Shown here piece by piece: positions 1 to 9,558 of a stretch of DNA of 64,000 nt. The notes under the pieces are model-generated. The model made no database searches and had not been told where the DNA came from. It saw only the letters and a program-made list of their open reading frames with translations. Each line of letters opens with the position of its first letter. Position 1 is the stretch's first letter. The translations under genes were made by a program, and so were the position numbers. This DNA comes from a virus (lineage: Duplodnaviria; Caudoviricetes). The stretch is taken from positions 84,073 through 148,072 of the IMG/VR virus record IMGVR_UViG_3300028914_000061. One strand, given 5' to 3'.

Positions 1-118
1 GTTTTTTAGTTGGATTTATGGCAATGTTCTTGATTGCTTGCAAGATGGATGAACCTACAAAATAGTTTTGGCACGATTATTGTAAGTAATATAGTGTAAC
101 CAATTAAAATTAAATACC

Positions 119-295
119 ATGAGTAAAGTTTATATGAAGGTCACGCTCAACTTGATTGTTGATACTGACATTCCCGAAACGGCAGACATTATGGAAGGTC
201 TTGATTTTGAAGTCACTCCTAATGGTGAGGCTGACGATGACATTGAAGTTTACGATGTGGAAGTGGAAGATTACGAAGTAACCGATTCAAAATAA
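119..295 (+). CDS. Small acidic hypothetical protein
   Basis: ATG after promoter 69; 58 aa. Confidence 0.7.
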   Translation: MSKVYMKVTLNLIVDTDIPETADIMEGLDFEVTPNGEADDDIEVYDVEVEDYEVTDSK

Positions 296-301
296 AAAGC
301 C

Positions 302-496
302 ATGAGACTTAAAATAATAGAATTGATTTGGTCAGCCATTTTGGTAATTGCTTGCATTTCAATTTTGATTTGGCAGATTATCATTAAGTCACCGATTTTC
401 GTAATTGGAATGTTCGCTTTCATGGCAATTATGGCCTTGATTATTCTTGTCCATATCATCAAAGAAATAAAGGAGGAAAAACATGGGAAACAATAG
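302..496 (+). CDS. Small 2-TM membrane protein
   Basis: Two hydrophobic helices. Confidence 0.7.
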   Translation: MRLKIIELIWSAILVIACISILIWQIIIKSPIFVIGMFAFMAIMALIILVHIIKEIKEEKHGKQ

Positions 497-755
497 CCTT
501 TGGATTGTGAAGTTTGCAAGTGAGAAACGGGAGCAGCCGAATTTCCCCAATTTTACGAATCTCAATGCAGCCAAAACGTACTGCAATTCAGTCCTTTCCG
601 ATTACGGCAAGAAAAAGCATTTGGACGGAGGCGAAATTCTCCACGTTGTAAATGGCGAAATCATTTCAAAGGTTGCTGTGGACTACGTTGGATTTGATGA
701 ATTGTATTACAGCGATGTTCACATTCTCCATAAAAAAATCCCATACAAAGGATAA
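483..755 (+). CDS. Hypothetical protein
   Basis: ORF overlapping the upstream stop. Confidence 0.7.
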   Translation: MGNNSLWIVKFASEKREQPNFPNFTNLNAAKTYCNSVLSDYGKKKHLDGGEILHVVNGEIISKVAVDYVGFDELYYSDVHILHKKIPYKG

Positions 756-759
756 TATA

Positions 760-773
760 TACGCAATTGCGTA
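760..773. promoter_or_regulatory. Palindrome TACGCAATTGCGTA, putative protein-binding site
   Basis: 1 of 7 copies; 6 nt before the promoter at 780. Confidence 0.7.
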
Positions 774-830
774 CTACTTTGGCACGATATTTGATTATAA
801 TTAAAGTGAAATCATTAAATAATTAGAATT

Positions 831-1031
831 ATGACTTTTGTAGCAGCCATTCAATTAATTTTATTGTGCATCCAACTAACGTTCTTGGCAGGAACGATTT
901 ACTCAACCACTAAAAAGGGCGAGGAACAAATCAAGAAAGAATTTAAAATGGAAACCCAAAAGTTCAGAAACATTTGCCTATACGGAAACTTGGGTTGCAT
1001 GGCAATCATTTTGTTGCTGAATCTTTTCTAA
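831..1031 (+). CDS. Small 2-TM membrane protein, resembles 44252-44446
   Basis: Own promoter; hydrophobic. Confidence 0.7.
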   Translation: MTFVAAIQLILLCIQLTFLAGTIYSTTKKGEEQIKKEFKMETQKFRNICLYGNLGCMAIILLLNLF

Positions 1032-1061
1032 AAGTTTGGCACGATATTTGATAAAGAAACA

Positions 1062-1203
1062 ATGACGATGTTATCGGGAATGGTAAGTTCGCCCTATGCG
1101 AAGGGAGGTCTTTGGTGAGATTCCAAAGGGTAGCGCTAATCGTCATGCTTGCGCAAGCCCCCCATGTGTCCCTTGGTCGCAATACAAGGGACACCCTTGG
1201 GGA
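1062..1203 (+). ncRNA. Structured RNA or leader with a tRNA-like domain
   Basis: Starts at the predicted +1 of promoter 1037; ATGACGAT/ATCGTCAT closing stem; several perfect hairpins. Confidence 0.55.
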
Positions 1204-1232
1204 ATAGAAAACAACAACAAAAACATAAAACT

Positions 1233-1556
1233 ATGAGAATCAATTTCAACATCAAGCCATACTCCGATTTTACGGGAATTGGCACTAAAAAAGAAGCACT
1301 TGCACGTCTTGAAAGCCGATGGGGACTTCGTGCGGTTCCTAATTGCTTTTCGACTTATGGAGATTTCCAACATCGTGGACTTGACAATGATACCGCTTGG
1401 CTCTACACCATTCAAGTGTATAAGCACGGCAAGCATCGCAAATGCAAGAATTATCATGTTTGGGTCTATCGTGTTCCGATTAAGACTTTGGAAGTTCTTG
1501 GAATCAAGATGAGCCAAATGCGCAACGGAATCAAGATTGAAAAACTCAATAAGTAA
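1233..1556 (+). CDS. Hypothetical basic protein
   Basis: Start moved to the ATG after the A-rich leader. Confidence 0.7.
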   Translation: MRINFNIKPYSDFTGIGTKKEALARLESRWGLRAVPNCFSTYGDFQHRGLDNDTAWLYTIQVYKHGKHRKCKNYHVWVYRVPIKTLEVLGIKMSQMRNGIKIEKLNK

Positions 1557-1655
1557 ACCATGTTGTTTGCAGGGGAGGGACAAAAAAGTTTCTCCCCTTG
1601 CCCATTTTGGCACGATTCTTGTGTATTATTGTAGTGACAATTAAAATTAAAAGCC

Positions 1656-1799
1656 ATGACAAAAGCAGAATGTATTTCAAGAGGTTGCCCGATGCTCATC
1701 AAAAAGAGAGACAAGGTTACGATGTTGCCTTATTGGGTCTGCGGTGTAACCAACCAAGACGTTAAGAAAGTCCATAACTGCGTAAACAAGCCACATTAA
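1656..1799 (+). CDS. Small Cys-containing protein
   Basis: ATG after promoter 1608. Confidence 0.6.
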   Translation: MTKAECISRGCPMLIKKRDKVTMLPYWVCGVTNQDVKKVHNCVNKPH

Positions 1800-1802
1800 A
1801 CC

Positions 1803-1943
1803 ATGAACAAAGAAAGATTTATTGAAATTCTATCCAAGCCGATGAGCGAGGTAATGAATGACCCAACTATCTCCGATGAAGAGTTTTCATTTTGCATGGA
1901 AAACTGCGAAAAAAATATTGACGAAATCGAATTTGACGAATAG
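1803..1943 (+). CDS. Small acidic protein
   Basis: Short ORF filling the unit. Confidence 0.6.
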   Translation: MNKERFIEILSKPMSEVMNDPTISDEEFSFCMENCEKNIDEIEFDE

Positions 1944-1993
1944 TTTGGCATAGATTTTGATTATTATTTTAGTGAACATTAAAACAAAACAAC

Positions 1994-2158
1994 ATGGGAA
2001 CAAAGACTTACAAAGTAAACCGAAAAAAGGCAATCGAACTTGCCATGAATCATAACAATGTGACAAGGGAGGTTGCTGAACGTTACACCGATAGCGAACT
2101 GAAGGAAGTGCTTGCTCATCTTTCGGGCAGATTCTTTAAGATGGAAGCCGATTTCTAA
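1994..2158 (+). CDS. Hypothetical protein
   Basis: ATG after promoter 1946. Confidence 0.6.
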   Translation: MGTKTYKVNRKKAIELAMNHNNVTREVAERYTDSELKEVLAHLSGRFFKMEADF

Positions 2159-2176
2159 CCATTAAAACAATTAGCC

Positions 2177-2482
2177 ATGCAATTCAGCGAATTAAGAGAA
2201 AACATCATCACCAATCTTTGCACCGACATCATCAATAAGCAATTAGCGGCAATGTTAGCCATGAATATTGACATGGAAACTTCGTTTGAAGAAAGCAAGG
2301 AGGAAATTGTAATCTTTACCAATTCCCATGTTGGATTTATCGGTGTTTCTTTCATTGAAGGAAATCTGCGCTTCATCAAAGGCGATGGTACAACCGTGTT
2401 GGCAAAAGATTATATTTCAAACGAATATTATTACGAAACCGTACTTCAAATTTGGTATGCTTTTCGGCACGATAGCAAATAG
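2177..2482 (+). CDS. Hypothetical protein
   Basis: ORF on coding strand. Confidence 0.7.
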   Translation: MQFSELRENIITNLCTDIINKQLAAMLAMNIDMETSFEESKEEIVIFTNSHVGFIGVSFIEGNLRFIKGDGTTVLAKDYISNEYYYETVLQIWYAFRHDSK

Positions 2483-2532
2483 TTTGGCATGATTATTGCT
2501 ATAATTGAAGTGTAACAATTAAAATTATAATT

Positions 2533-2754
2533 ATGGCTACACAATCCGACATTGCGCTGATTAGTTCTAATCCATTTGTCATTAAAAAGGAGCATGGAAC
2601 GAGACCTTCATATTTGAAGTCATTGCCGAATCATTTTACCGATGACATTTCGGAAGCGAGAAAGTTTGCGACTGAAACGGCAGCAAAGAACAATATGCTC
2701 AAAATCACAACCTATTCACTGAATCCAAACCATTATTCAATCATTAGGCTATGA
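2533..2754 (+). CDS. Hypothetical protein
   Basis: Own promoter. Confidence 0.7.
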   Translation: MATQSDIALISSNPFVIKKEHGTRPSYLKSLPNHFTDDISEARKFATETAAKNNMLKITTYSLNPNHYSIIRL

Positions 2755-2945
2755 GCAAAGAAAGAGACTTTAAGGGTGAACTGAAAGCCCTTCTTGAAGA
2801 TGTTGCAAAAAGCGGATGGGAGGCAGCAATCCCCTCATTGATTGCAGAGTGCTTGAAAGACGGAAAGTTTGAAAATATCTCAAATTGGGATTTGTTGGAC
2901 TGCACGGCTTATCAATGCCATAAGTATAAAAAGCAAATAAAATAA
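2751..2945 (+). CDS. Hypothetical protein
   Basis: ATGA overlap. Confidence 0.65.
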   Translation: MSKERDFKGELKALLEDVAKSGWEAAIPSLIAECLKDGKFENISNWDLLDCTAYQCHKYKKQIK

Positions 2946-3059
2946 GTGTTCATATCTTTTGTGTTTTTGGCCGGAAATTTCTTGTAAGTTTCCGACTTTT
3001 TTTTATTACTTTGGCATGGTTTTTGTGTATTATTGTAGTGTATATTAAAACGAATCACC

Positions 3060-3215
3060 ATGAACGACACACAAAAGATTGAAGCAATCAAAAAAGAGAT
3101 TGAAAGCACTCACTTGAATACATTGGAGGATATGGGCGAAATGCTTGATAGCATCATCCGTATTGTCTATGGAGTTGAAAAGACAAAACCATTATTTGAA
3201 AAGAAAGGGATTTGA
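3060..3215 (+). CDS. Hypothetical protein
   Basis: ATG after promoter 3012. Confidence 0.6.
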   Translation: MNDTQKIEAIKKEIESTHLNTLEDMGEMLDSIIRIVYGVEKTKPLFEKKGI

Positions 3216-3356
3216 TTATGGAAATTTTATGTGCTTTTTTGCTTTTGTGTGTTATTGCAATGACAATTACCTGCATTTATGTATCAAACAAAAGTCAAAA
3301 GGAAAATGATGAATTGAGGAAAGAACTCAATGAATTAAAATCTCAAATAGATAGTT

Positions 3357-3635
3357 ATGGTAACGATAGATAGTTTGTTTCACTTGGTAAAGCATTATCA
3401 TTTGGACGATGATGAAAATTGCTTTGACAAGGCGATAGAAATGGCAAGCAACCAACTTTCCGATGTGTTGGAAAAGGAAAGGGAATATCCACCATTTATT
3501 TACTATTTGTGCTTGGAGCAAATGGAGAAGAATCCAAAGTACAAGTTTGGCAAAACATTTCATTCAATGAATGATGAAGAAAAAACTTGTGTATTCAATG
3601 AAACAATTTCAGCATTGAAAGCACTTTTGGCATAG
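3357..3635 (+). CDS. Hypothetical protein
   Basis: Stop lies inside the next promoter. Confidence 0.7.
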   Translation: MVTIDSLFHLVKHYHLDDDENCFDKAIEMASNQLSDVLEKEREYPPFIYYLCLEQMEKNPKYKFGKTFHSMNDEEKTCVFNETISALKALLA

Positions 3636-3692
3636 TTTTTGATTATAATTTGAGTACAAACAAACACATTATTAACTTAAATCTAAATTACA

Positions 3693-4202
3693 ATGAAGAA
3701 AATCTTTTTTGCTATCGCCATTATTTTTGCCACTACACTTGTTGGCTTCGCACAATCAACGGCTATCCATTTTGATAATGGAAAATATGACATGATGCTT
3801 CACCCGAAAAACCCAACGGGTCAAAACATCGAAGTTGTCACTTTCATTGGCTATGATGCAATTTCGCAAACTCGTTCAACGAAGAAAATCGAAGTTGATT
3901 ACGAAGTTATTGATGGCGTTCAATATGCTTTGGAGAACTCAAAAAGAATGAAAAAGTTTGCTACTACTGAACTAATAGGTCTTGGCGTTTGCCTTGCAGG
4001 TGGAGAACTAATGCACTATTCATACAAACAATTTGGCAAGCACCCGAATGACCATTATAAAAATTTAGCCTATGTTGGAGGTGCGGTTGCTATGGCAGGT
4101 GCTTTGACTTGTATTTTAGGCTATATTCCGCTATTGAATGACCATGTTTATGTTACAAACAATGGGATTGGAATACGATACAAGATTAAAAGTTTGAATT
4201 GA
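3693..4202 (+). CDS. Exported/membrane protein
   Basis: Signal peptide ending FAQ; two further hydrophobic segments. Confidence 0.7.
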   Translation: MKKIFFAIAIIFATTLVGFAQSTAIHFDNGKYDMMLHPKNPTGQNIEVVTFIGYDAISQTRSTKKIEVDYEVIDGVQYALENSKRMKKFATTELIGLGVCLAGGELMHYSYKQFGKHPNDHYKNLAYVGGAVAMAGALTCILGYIPLLNDHVYVTNNGIGIRYKIKSLN

Positions 4203-4230
4203 CCCCATGCGAGAATGTAAATATTTGTAA

Positions 4231-4259
4231 AAAAGTCACTTTTCGGAGTGGCTTTTTTC
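4231..4259 (+). terminator. Intrinsic terminator
   Basis: AGTCACTT-TTCG-GAGTGGCT followed by a T run. Confidence 0.75.
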
Positions 4260-4313
4260 ATTTTTGGCATGGTATTTGTATTATATTGAAGTGAACACTA
4301 AACACAAAAGACT

Positions 4314-4619
4314 ATGGCTAATAACATTGAAAATTACCAAAAGTGCCAATGCGGTGCAATAACTTTCTACTTTGAAGATGGAAGTTCAAGCAGTATGCGC
4401 CAACGCACTGCAAAGAAGATGGGAATTGATTTGAGGCACTATAAGAGCCTTAGACCAACTTGGAATTGCAATCATTGTGTTAATCATTGGGGAACTGACA
4501 TCTGCGAATGTGGCAGTGGTGAAAAGGTTGGAAAATGTTCTTGCGGCTCCAATAGACCAATGCAAGAGTTTGGCATAAATTTTGATTCATTTAGCCGTAT
4601 AATTCAAAACTTTTGCTAA
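4314..4619 (+). CDS. Cys-rich, probable Zn-binding protein
   Basis: CQC, CNHC, CEC, CSC. Confidence 0.7.
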   Translation: MANNIENYQKCQCGAITFYFEDGSSSSMRQRTAKKMGIDLRHYKSLRPTWNCNHCVNHWGTDICECGSGEKVGKCSCGSNRPMQEFGINFDSFSRIIQNFC

Positions 4620-4620
4620 C

Positions 4621-5031
4621 ATGGAATTGAACGAGATAAGGAATAAAATGGCTCAACTTTTGGAAGAGCATAAAGCCCTTGAAGAAGAGTTGAAGAACGC
4701 TATGGTGGCTATCATCAATGAGACAGCAGAAGAAAGCCCGAATAAGAAAAAGAGAATAGCCAAGCATATTTTTATTCTTAATGCTTCTGACATCATGGGT
4801 AATCCGTGGAATGTAGAGTTTTACGATTGGGAGGCTTCTGCAAAGGTTGTCTTGGATTATCTTGAATTGAAACCTATCTACGATTGGAAAGCATTGTTGG
4901 AAAAGAAGTTAGAAGAAGCCAAACGTAATGTGGTAGAGTTTAAGAAAATATCATCTTGCATGGGTTACAAAACTACCTATGTAATTCCAATTAGCAAAGA
5001 ATTTGTTGAAAAAATTGTAGCCAAAATGTAA
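4621..5031 (+). CDS. Hypothetical protein
   Basis: ORF on coding strand. Confidence 0.72.
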   Translation: MELNEIRNKMAQLLEEHKALEEELKNAMVAIINETAEESPNKKKRIAKHIFILNASDIMGNPWNVEFYDWEASAKVVLDYLELKPIYDWKALLEKKLEEAKRNVVEFKKISSCMGYKTTYVIPISKEFVEKIVAKM

Positions 5032-5085
5032 TGTTTTGGCACGATTATTGTTTATTATTATAGTGTAATCTAAAAACGCAAAAAA

Positions 5086-5421
5086 ATGATACACGCAACT
5101 TTTAAAACGATTGATGATATAATCAATAATTTTAATTTGGTTGGTGGAATGAGTTTGTCGTTTGGTGATAACAGCAAATTTTCCACTTCCCATTTTGACA
5201 TCAATGCAAATAATGATTCAATTCCATTTAAGGAGGGTTGGATTAAAAACATTAGTCTTTACTATGCGGAGAACGAGGAAACGGGTAAAACTGAACTGCG
5301 AACTGACATCAAAATTGAACTTAAACTATATTGTTCTTGTGCTGAAAGACCTACAATGATAGTCAATAAATCTTGGTTTGATAAAAATGTATCAAACATT
5401 AGTGTTTGGGGCATCAAATGA
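5086..5421 (+). CDS. Hypothetical protein
   Basis: Own promoter. Confidence 0.72.
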   Translation: MIHATFKTIDDIINNFNLVGGMSLSFGDNSKFSTSHFDINANNDSIPFKEGWIKNISLYYAENEETGKTELRTDIKIELKLYCSCAERPTMIVNKSWFDKNVSNISVWGIK

Positions 5422-5478
5422 TTTATTTTGGCATGATTTTTGTGTATTATTTTCAACGTAAATTAAAACCAAAATACA

Positions 5479-5790
5479 ATGAGCAAAGTAAGAGAATTAG
5501 AAGATAATGTTTCGCAAGACAATTTGTTTACCATTGGTAAGCAACTTATTCAGTGTATTGGGTTTATGGATTGGTGCTATTGTCAATACAACACCGATAA
5601 AAGAACAACCGAGGATTTAGTCCTGCACAATGAAAATGCAAGGTACGATAGTCCCGATAGATGGTGGAGGTATCGCTTTTTCCGCCTTTGCCGACTGCCT
5701 TTCAAGGTCAAATACAAGTGGGTTGGCTATGACCACGTTTTCAAAGTAAGACCCGAAATTTGGATTAGGCTTTATCACATCAAAGACTGA
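5479..5790 (+). CDS. Hypothetical protein
   Basis: Own promoter. Confidence 0.72.
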   Translation: MSKVRELEDNVSQDNLFTIGKQLIQCIGFMDWCYCQYNTDKRTTEDLVLHNENARYDSPDRWWRYRFFRLCRLPFKVKYKWVGYDHVFKVRPEIWIRLYHIKD

Positions 5791-5841
5791 TTTGGCACGA
5801 TTCTTGTAGTATATTGTAGTGACAATTAAAATTAAAATACC

Positions 5842-6048
5842 ATGAAAGGAATAGACATTATTAATTATATCAAAGAGAACAACCTTGAAGATGCAGAGGT
5901 AAGTGTGACCGCTACAATCTACCGACAAGGCGACCACGATTGCAGAACAACAACAAATGTTTCCGTTATGGAATCGTCAGTCTATGACGATGAACAAAGG
6001 AAATATGTTCCTGCCATTGATTTCTATGTGGATGATGAATTGTATTGA
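5842..6048 (+). CDS. Hypothetical acidic protein
   Basis: Own promoter. Confidence 0.72.
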   Translation: MKGIDIINYIKENNLEDAEVSVTATIYRQGDHDCRTTTNVSVMESSVYDDEQRKYVPAIDFYVDDELY

Positions 6049-6100
6049 GTTTGGCACAAAATTTGTAGTAATTGAAGTGTAACCTTAAAAACATCGAACT

Positions 6101-6373
6101 ATGAAAAAGACAGCAAGGATTTCAAGAATCAACGCAATGTTGGATAGTCATTTCAAGTCCAATCATGGCGCATGGTGGGTTTCCAACAGCAACGGCTATA
6201 AGGAAATGATTGAATTGCACCGAGGTCAAGGTGGCGACAAAATCAATCCCGTTTGGATAGCCAAATACATTTTCCGCCACGAAGCAAGTGTAAACATCAT
6301 TCACTTTGCAGGTTGTTGCATGGTCTATACGAGAGAGAGCGTAAAACTTTACGATAGAGCCGTGAAAAAGTAA
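6101..6373 (+). CDS. Hypothetical protein
   Basis: Own promoter. Confidence 0.72.
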   Translation: MKKTARISRINAMLDSHFKSNHGAWWVSNSNGYKEMIELHRGQGGDKINPVWIAKYIFRHEASVNIIHFAGCCMVYTRESVKLYDRAVKK

Positions 6374-6426
6374 AAATTGGCACGATTTTTGATTATAATT
6401 GTAGTGTAACCTAAAAACATCGAACT

Positions 6427-6852
6427 ATGAGAAACGAAGTCGTAACCATCCAAGTCCCTAATGTTGGAACTATCAACGTTTCCTCCACAATGAGAGGCGA
6501 ATGTAAGGGAACTAAAATGTTTGACCTGCGCCACTACGTTTATAGGCTGCGCATTTGGAGCGAACACGATAAAATGACCTGCAATTTCCATGACTGCGCC
6601 TTCAATTATCCGAGAGTTAAGAAACTCAATAGGGAGGCTTTGCTCAACGCTTTAGATTGTGTTTTGTCCGATATTTCCATGTATCTTAACGATGAAATCA
6701 AATGGAATTATGACGATGAGGATGCAGCCCTTATGAGAATTGCCGAAAAGGGATGCAAGCGTGAATCCGAGGCATTTTCAAAAGTCGTTGGCGGTGACGA
6801 TAATCTTTGGACTGCCATAGAATTTTTGACAGATTACATCAACAACCATTGA
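6427..6852 (+). CDS. Hypothetical protein
   Basis: Own promoter. Confidence 0.75.
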   Translation: MRNEVVTIQVPNVGTINVSSTMRGECKGTKMFDLRHYVYRLRIWSEHDKMTCNFHDCAFNYPRVKKLNREALLNALDCVLSDISMYLNDEIKWNYDDEDAALMRIAEKGCKRESEAFSKVVGGDDNLWTAIEFLTDYINNH

Positions 6853-6902
6853 TTTTGGCATAGTTTTTGTTTATATTTGTAGTGTAAATAAAACTCAAAA
6901 TT

Positions 6903-7073
6903 ATAGATGAAAAAGAAAAATTAAACGCAATTAGAACTGAAATAGACAAGTGGTTTTCCGATGAAGAAAAGTCAGCAGTTGACACCTTGAAAAGAATCTC
7001 CAACATTCTCAAAAGGAATGATTTCGATATGGATGAATACTGCGAACAACTTCACGATTCAGTAAATGTGTAA
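6903..7073 (+). CDS. Hypothetical protein with ATA at the start position (possible pseudogene)
   Basis: 56 open codons after promoter 6856; leader reads AAAATT-ATA instead of AAAATT-ATG. Confidence 0.45.
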   Translation: MDEKEKLNAIRTEIDKWFSDEEKSAVDTLKRISNILKRNDFDMDEYCEQLHDSVNV

Positions 7074-7075
7074 CA

Positions 7076-7255
7076 ATGAAAAAAGAAGAAATCATCAAAA
7101 TGGCTAAAAGCCTTGCGGAGCGTCATTTGATTGACCCCTATATCCCCGATGTGCTAACTGATGGCTCAACGTATGCGGAGGAATTTCTTGCAAAGTTGTC
7201 AGTAGCCGAAACCGAAGATGGATTGCTGAAAAGAATCCAAGAGGTAATGAGTTAG
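7076..7255 (+). CDS. Hypothetical protein
   Basis: 59-aa ORF. Confidence 0.6.
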   Translation: MKKEEIIKMAKSLAERHLIDPYIPDVLTDGSTYAEEFLAKLSVAETEDGLLKRIQEVMS

Positions 7256-7385
7256 AGAATTATCATAGTCGAGTTTTTAATATGCGGTTGGGTGTGGAAA
7301 CTTTCTCCTTTCAATTCCACACCCACGCTGTAAGGTTTGGCACGATTATTGCTTATATTGTAGTGAACAATTAAAATTAAATACT

Positions 7386-7625
7386 ATGGGTTGGGTAAAA
7401 AAAGAAACCATTAAAGATGAAAAACTTTTGAAAGAATTAAAAGAAGTTTTTCCCGACAAATTTTCCATTTTAAGAGGTGTTACAAGAAGTTGCAGCAGTT
7501 CAGTCTATGAGTATCTTACGGACTATATTCGTGACTATTACGATGTAACGTTGGCTCAATGTGACCGAGTTTCCAAGCGGATTGCTCAACATTACGAAAT
7601 CAAGCAGTTTTACCATAAACACTAA
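7386..7625 (+). CDS. Hypothetical protein
   Basis: Own promoter. Confidence 0.72.
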   Translation: MGWVKKETIKDEKLLKELKEVFPDKFSILRGVTRSCSSSVYEYLTDYIRDYYDVTLAQCDRVSKRIAQHYEIKQFYHKH

Positions 7626-7659
7626 AAAAACGGCTGTAAGTATTCCTATCAAATAAATG

Positions 7660-7691
7660 AAAAAGCGGTGCAACAATGTACCGCTTTTTTT
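7660..7691. terminator. Intrinsic terminator, possibly bidirectional
   Basis: A5-GCGGTGCA-ACAA-TGTACCGC-T7. Confidence 0.75.
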
Positions 7692-7717
7692 GTGCATAAG
7701 ATTCACAACAATACACC

Positions 7718-7732
7718 ACAATATCCGTGCCA
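7718..7732 (-). promoter_or_regulatory. Antisense-oriented copy of the sigma54-like element
   Basis: Minus strand reads TGGCACGGATATTGT-GGTGTATTGTTGTGAA, back-to-back with the + copy at 7759. Confidence 0.7.
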
Positions 7733-7810
7733 AAGTGGTGAAAATCTTGAAAAAAGTTTGGCATGGTTTTTGATGTATATTGTAATGCAAACCAATTAAA
7801 ATTATAATCC

Positions 7811-8074
7811 ATGAGCAAAACCACCGATGAACTTATCCAAGATAGGATAGACAGCGCAAATAAAGATTTTAGAGAAAACGAAACAAGCATGATTGCCGAA
7901 ATCTACGACCTTCAAACAATGGTAGTTTGTATTGTAATTGAATGGGGAGATTGGAAGCATGAGCATGGCTATGCTGATTATATCATGGAACAGCATGGAT
8001 TCAAGAAATTAAAGGAAGATGTGACGGAGGAAGATGGAAGCGATTGTTATTCCTCAATTCATTATTATAAATGA
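7811..8074 (+). CDS. Hypothetical acidic protein
   Basis: Own promoter. Confidence 0.72.
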   Translation: MSKTTDELIQDRIDSANKDFRENETSMIAEIYDLQTMVVCIVIEWGDWKHEHGYADYIMEQHGFKKLKEDVTEEDGSDCYSSIHYYK

Positions 8075-8129
8075 AAAGTTTGGCATAATTTTTGATATAA
8101 TAATAGAGTAATCAATTAAAATTAAAGAT

Positions 8130-8489
8130 ATGAAAAACTTTATTCAAAATGAACTTGTTTGCCTTCGTGCGTTAGAGCCGATTGGCTGCGATAGATACGA
8201 GGAACTTTCAAAGGCTATTCAATGGCTTGACGAAAACACCTTGAAAGAGGGAGAGAAAAAAGAAGAGGTTAATAAGCCCCAATACGCCCATACTACAATC
8301 CGTTGGAAAGATGACAATAGCGAAGAGGAAACCATCATTGCCATTGGTTGCCCTTACATTGAAAAGTACGATGAGCAAATTCTTTTCTACTGCGAAAACC
8401 AAGAAGATTTTGAAAACTTGAAGCACTACGAAAACGGACAAGATTTCTACATTGATGGCTGCACCATGTTCACTGAAACATTGGATTAG
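8130..8489 (+). CDS. Hypothetical acidic protein
   Basis: Own promoter. Confidence 0.75.
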   Translation: MKNFIQNELVCLRALEPIGCDRYEELSKAIQWLDENTLKEGEKKEEVNKPQYAHTTIRWKDDNSEEETIIAIGCPYIEKYDEQILFYCENQEDFENLKHYENGQDFYIDGCTMFTETLD

Positions 8490-8541
8490 TTTGGCACGAA
8501 ATTTGATGTAGTAAGAGAGTAACCAATTAAAATTAAAAACT

Positions 8542-8991
8542 ATGACTATTGAACTTCAAAATCAATTAAAGCCTTTTGAGATTTTCATGGAAAAAATGGA
8601 AGTCATTGTTGAGGCTATTAAGAATAATGAAGAGAATATCAAGAATGGTTGGGGAGTTGAAAGATTTGATTTGAGAGACGATGCAATCGGCATGGTTGGT
8701 AGTATTCCAACAACGATTAAAGAATATGCTGAACTTTGGGATTATGTTCAAGAAAGATACAAAGAATATCTTGCAGGTTGCGAAAATCCGCTTATGCCAA
8801 ATGAAATGTTCTTTGATGTCTATTGGAATGACCCCGAAGCAAATAGGGCAGAATACGATGATTTGACCCTTTGGGTTTTCTTTGACTACGAATATGGCAT
8901 CTACTATTTGGAAGATGATGAAATCTTGGAAAAGATTAAAAAGAGAGACGAAGAATTAGCAAAGGCTGAAAATGCCACAAGAGGCTACTAA
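8542..8991 (+). CDS. Hypothetical acidic protein
   Basis: Own promoter. Confidence 0.75.
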   Translation: MTIELQNQLKPFEIFMEKMEVIVEAIKNNEENIKNGWGVERFDLRDDAIGMVGSIPTTIKEYAELWDYVQERYKEYLAGCENPLMPNEMFFDVYWNDPEANRAEYDDLTLWVFFDYEYGIYYLEDDEILEKIKKRDEELAKAENATRGY

Positions 8992-8995
8992 TATA

Positions 8996-9009
8996 TACGC
9001 AAATGCGTA
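8996..9009. promoter_or_regulatory. Palindrome TACGCAAATGCGTA
   Basis: 6 nt before the promoter at 9016. Confidence 0.7.
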
Positions 9010-9065
9010 CTGATTTGGCACGATATTTGTAAGATAGTAAGCATAACAAATTAAAATTAAAATCC

Positions 9066-9494
9066 ATGAATCAATCCGAGTACAATAGAATTAACGAAGG
9101 CAACGTTCTCATTAGTGGTATTATGAGAGATATTCACAGCATGGAGGGCAAGTTGCGCAATAAGATGGAAACATCTATTTTCGACATGGTTACTGCTATG
9201 GGCGGTAGGCTTGAAGTTGATGTTGACAATGACGATATTCCTATCGTAACTTACGATGGCGGCAGACACCCCGAATATAACGCCACGCCTTGCGCCCAAG
9301 TCCAAGTTATTGAGCCATTGGAAAAGAACGGCTTCAAACGTTTTCGTGTGGACATGGACGTTTGCGAAGAGTACGAATCGGATAGATTTGACATTGAATC
9401 AGTCGAAGTCATTTTTGACTATGTTTATTGGAAGTTTGACGATTACTGCGAACAATTAGGTCTTGCTGTGGAAGTTATCAAAGAGTTTACCTAA
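9066..9494 (+). CDS. Hypothetical acidic protein
   Basis: Own promoter. Confidence 0.75.
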   Translation: MNQSEYNRINEGNVLISGIMRDIHSMEGKLRNKMETSIFDMVTAMGGRLEVDVDNDDIPIVTYDGGRHPEYNATPCAQVQVIEPLEKNGFKRFRVDMDVCEEYESDRFDIESVEVIFDYVYWKFDDYCEQLGLAVEVIKEFT

Positions 9495-9558
9495 TAGACC
9501 AACTTTGGCACGATTTTTGTTAGTATTATAGTTGTCTAACCAATTAAAAACACGCACT

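Noticed and set aside
2484-2506. Reading the motif as sigma70 -35 TTGGCA / -10 TATAAT
   Set aside because: Only about 10 nt separate the boxes versus about 17 expected, and the fixed TTG matches -12 spacing.
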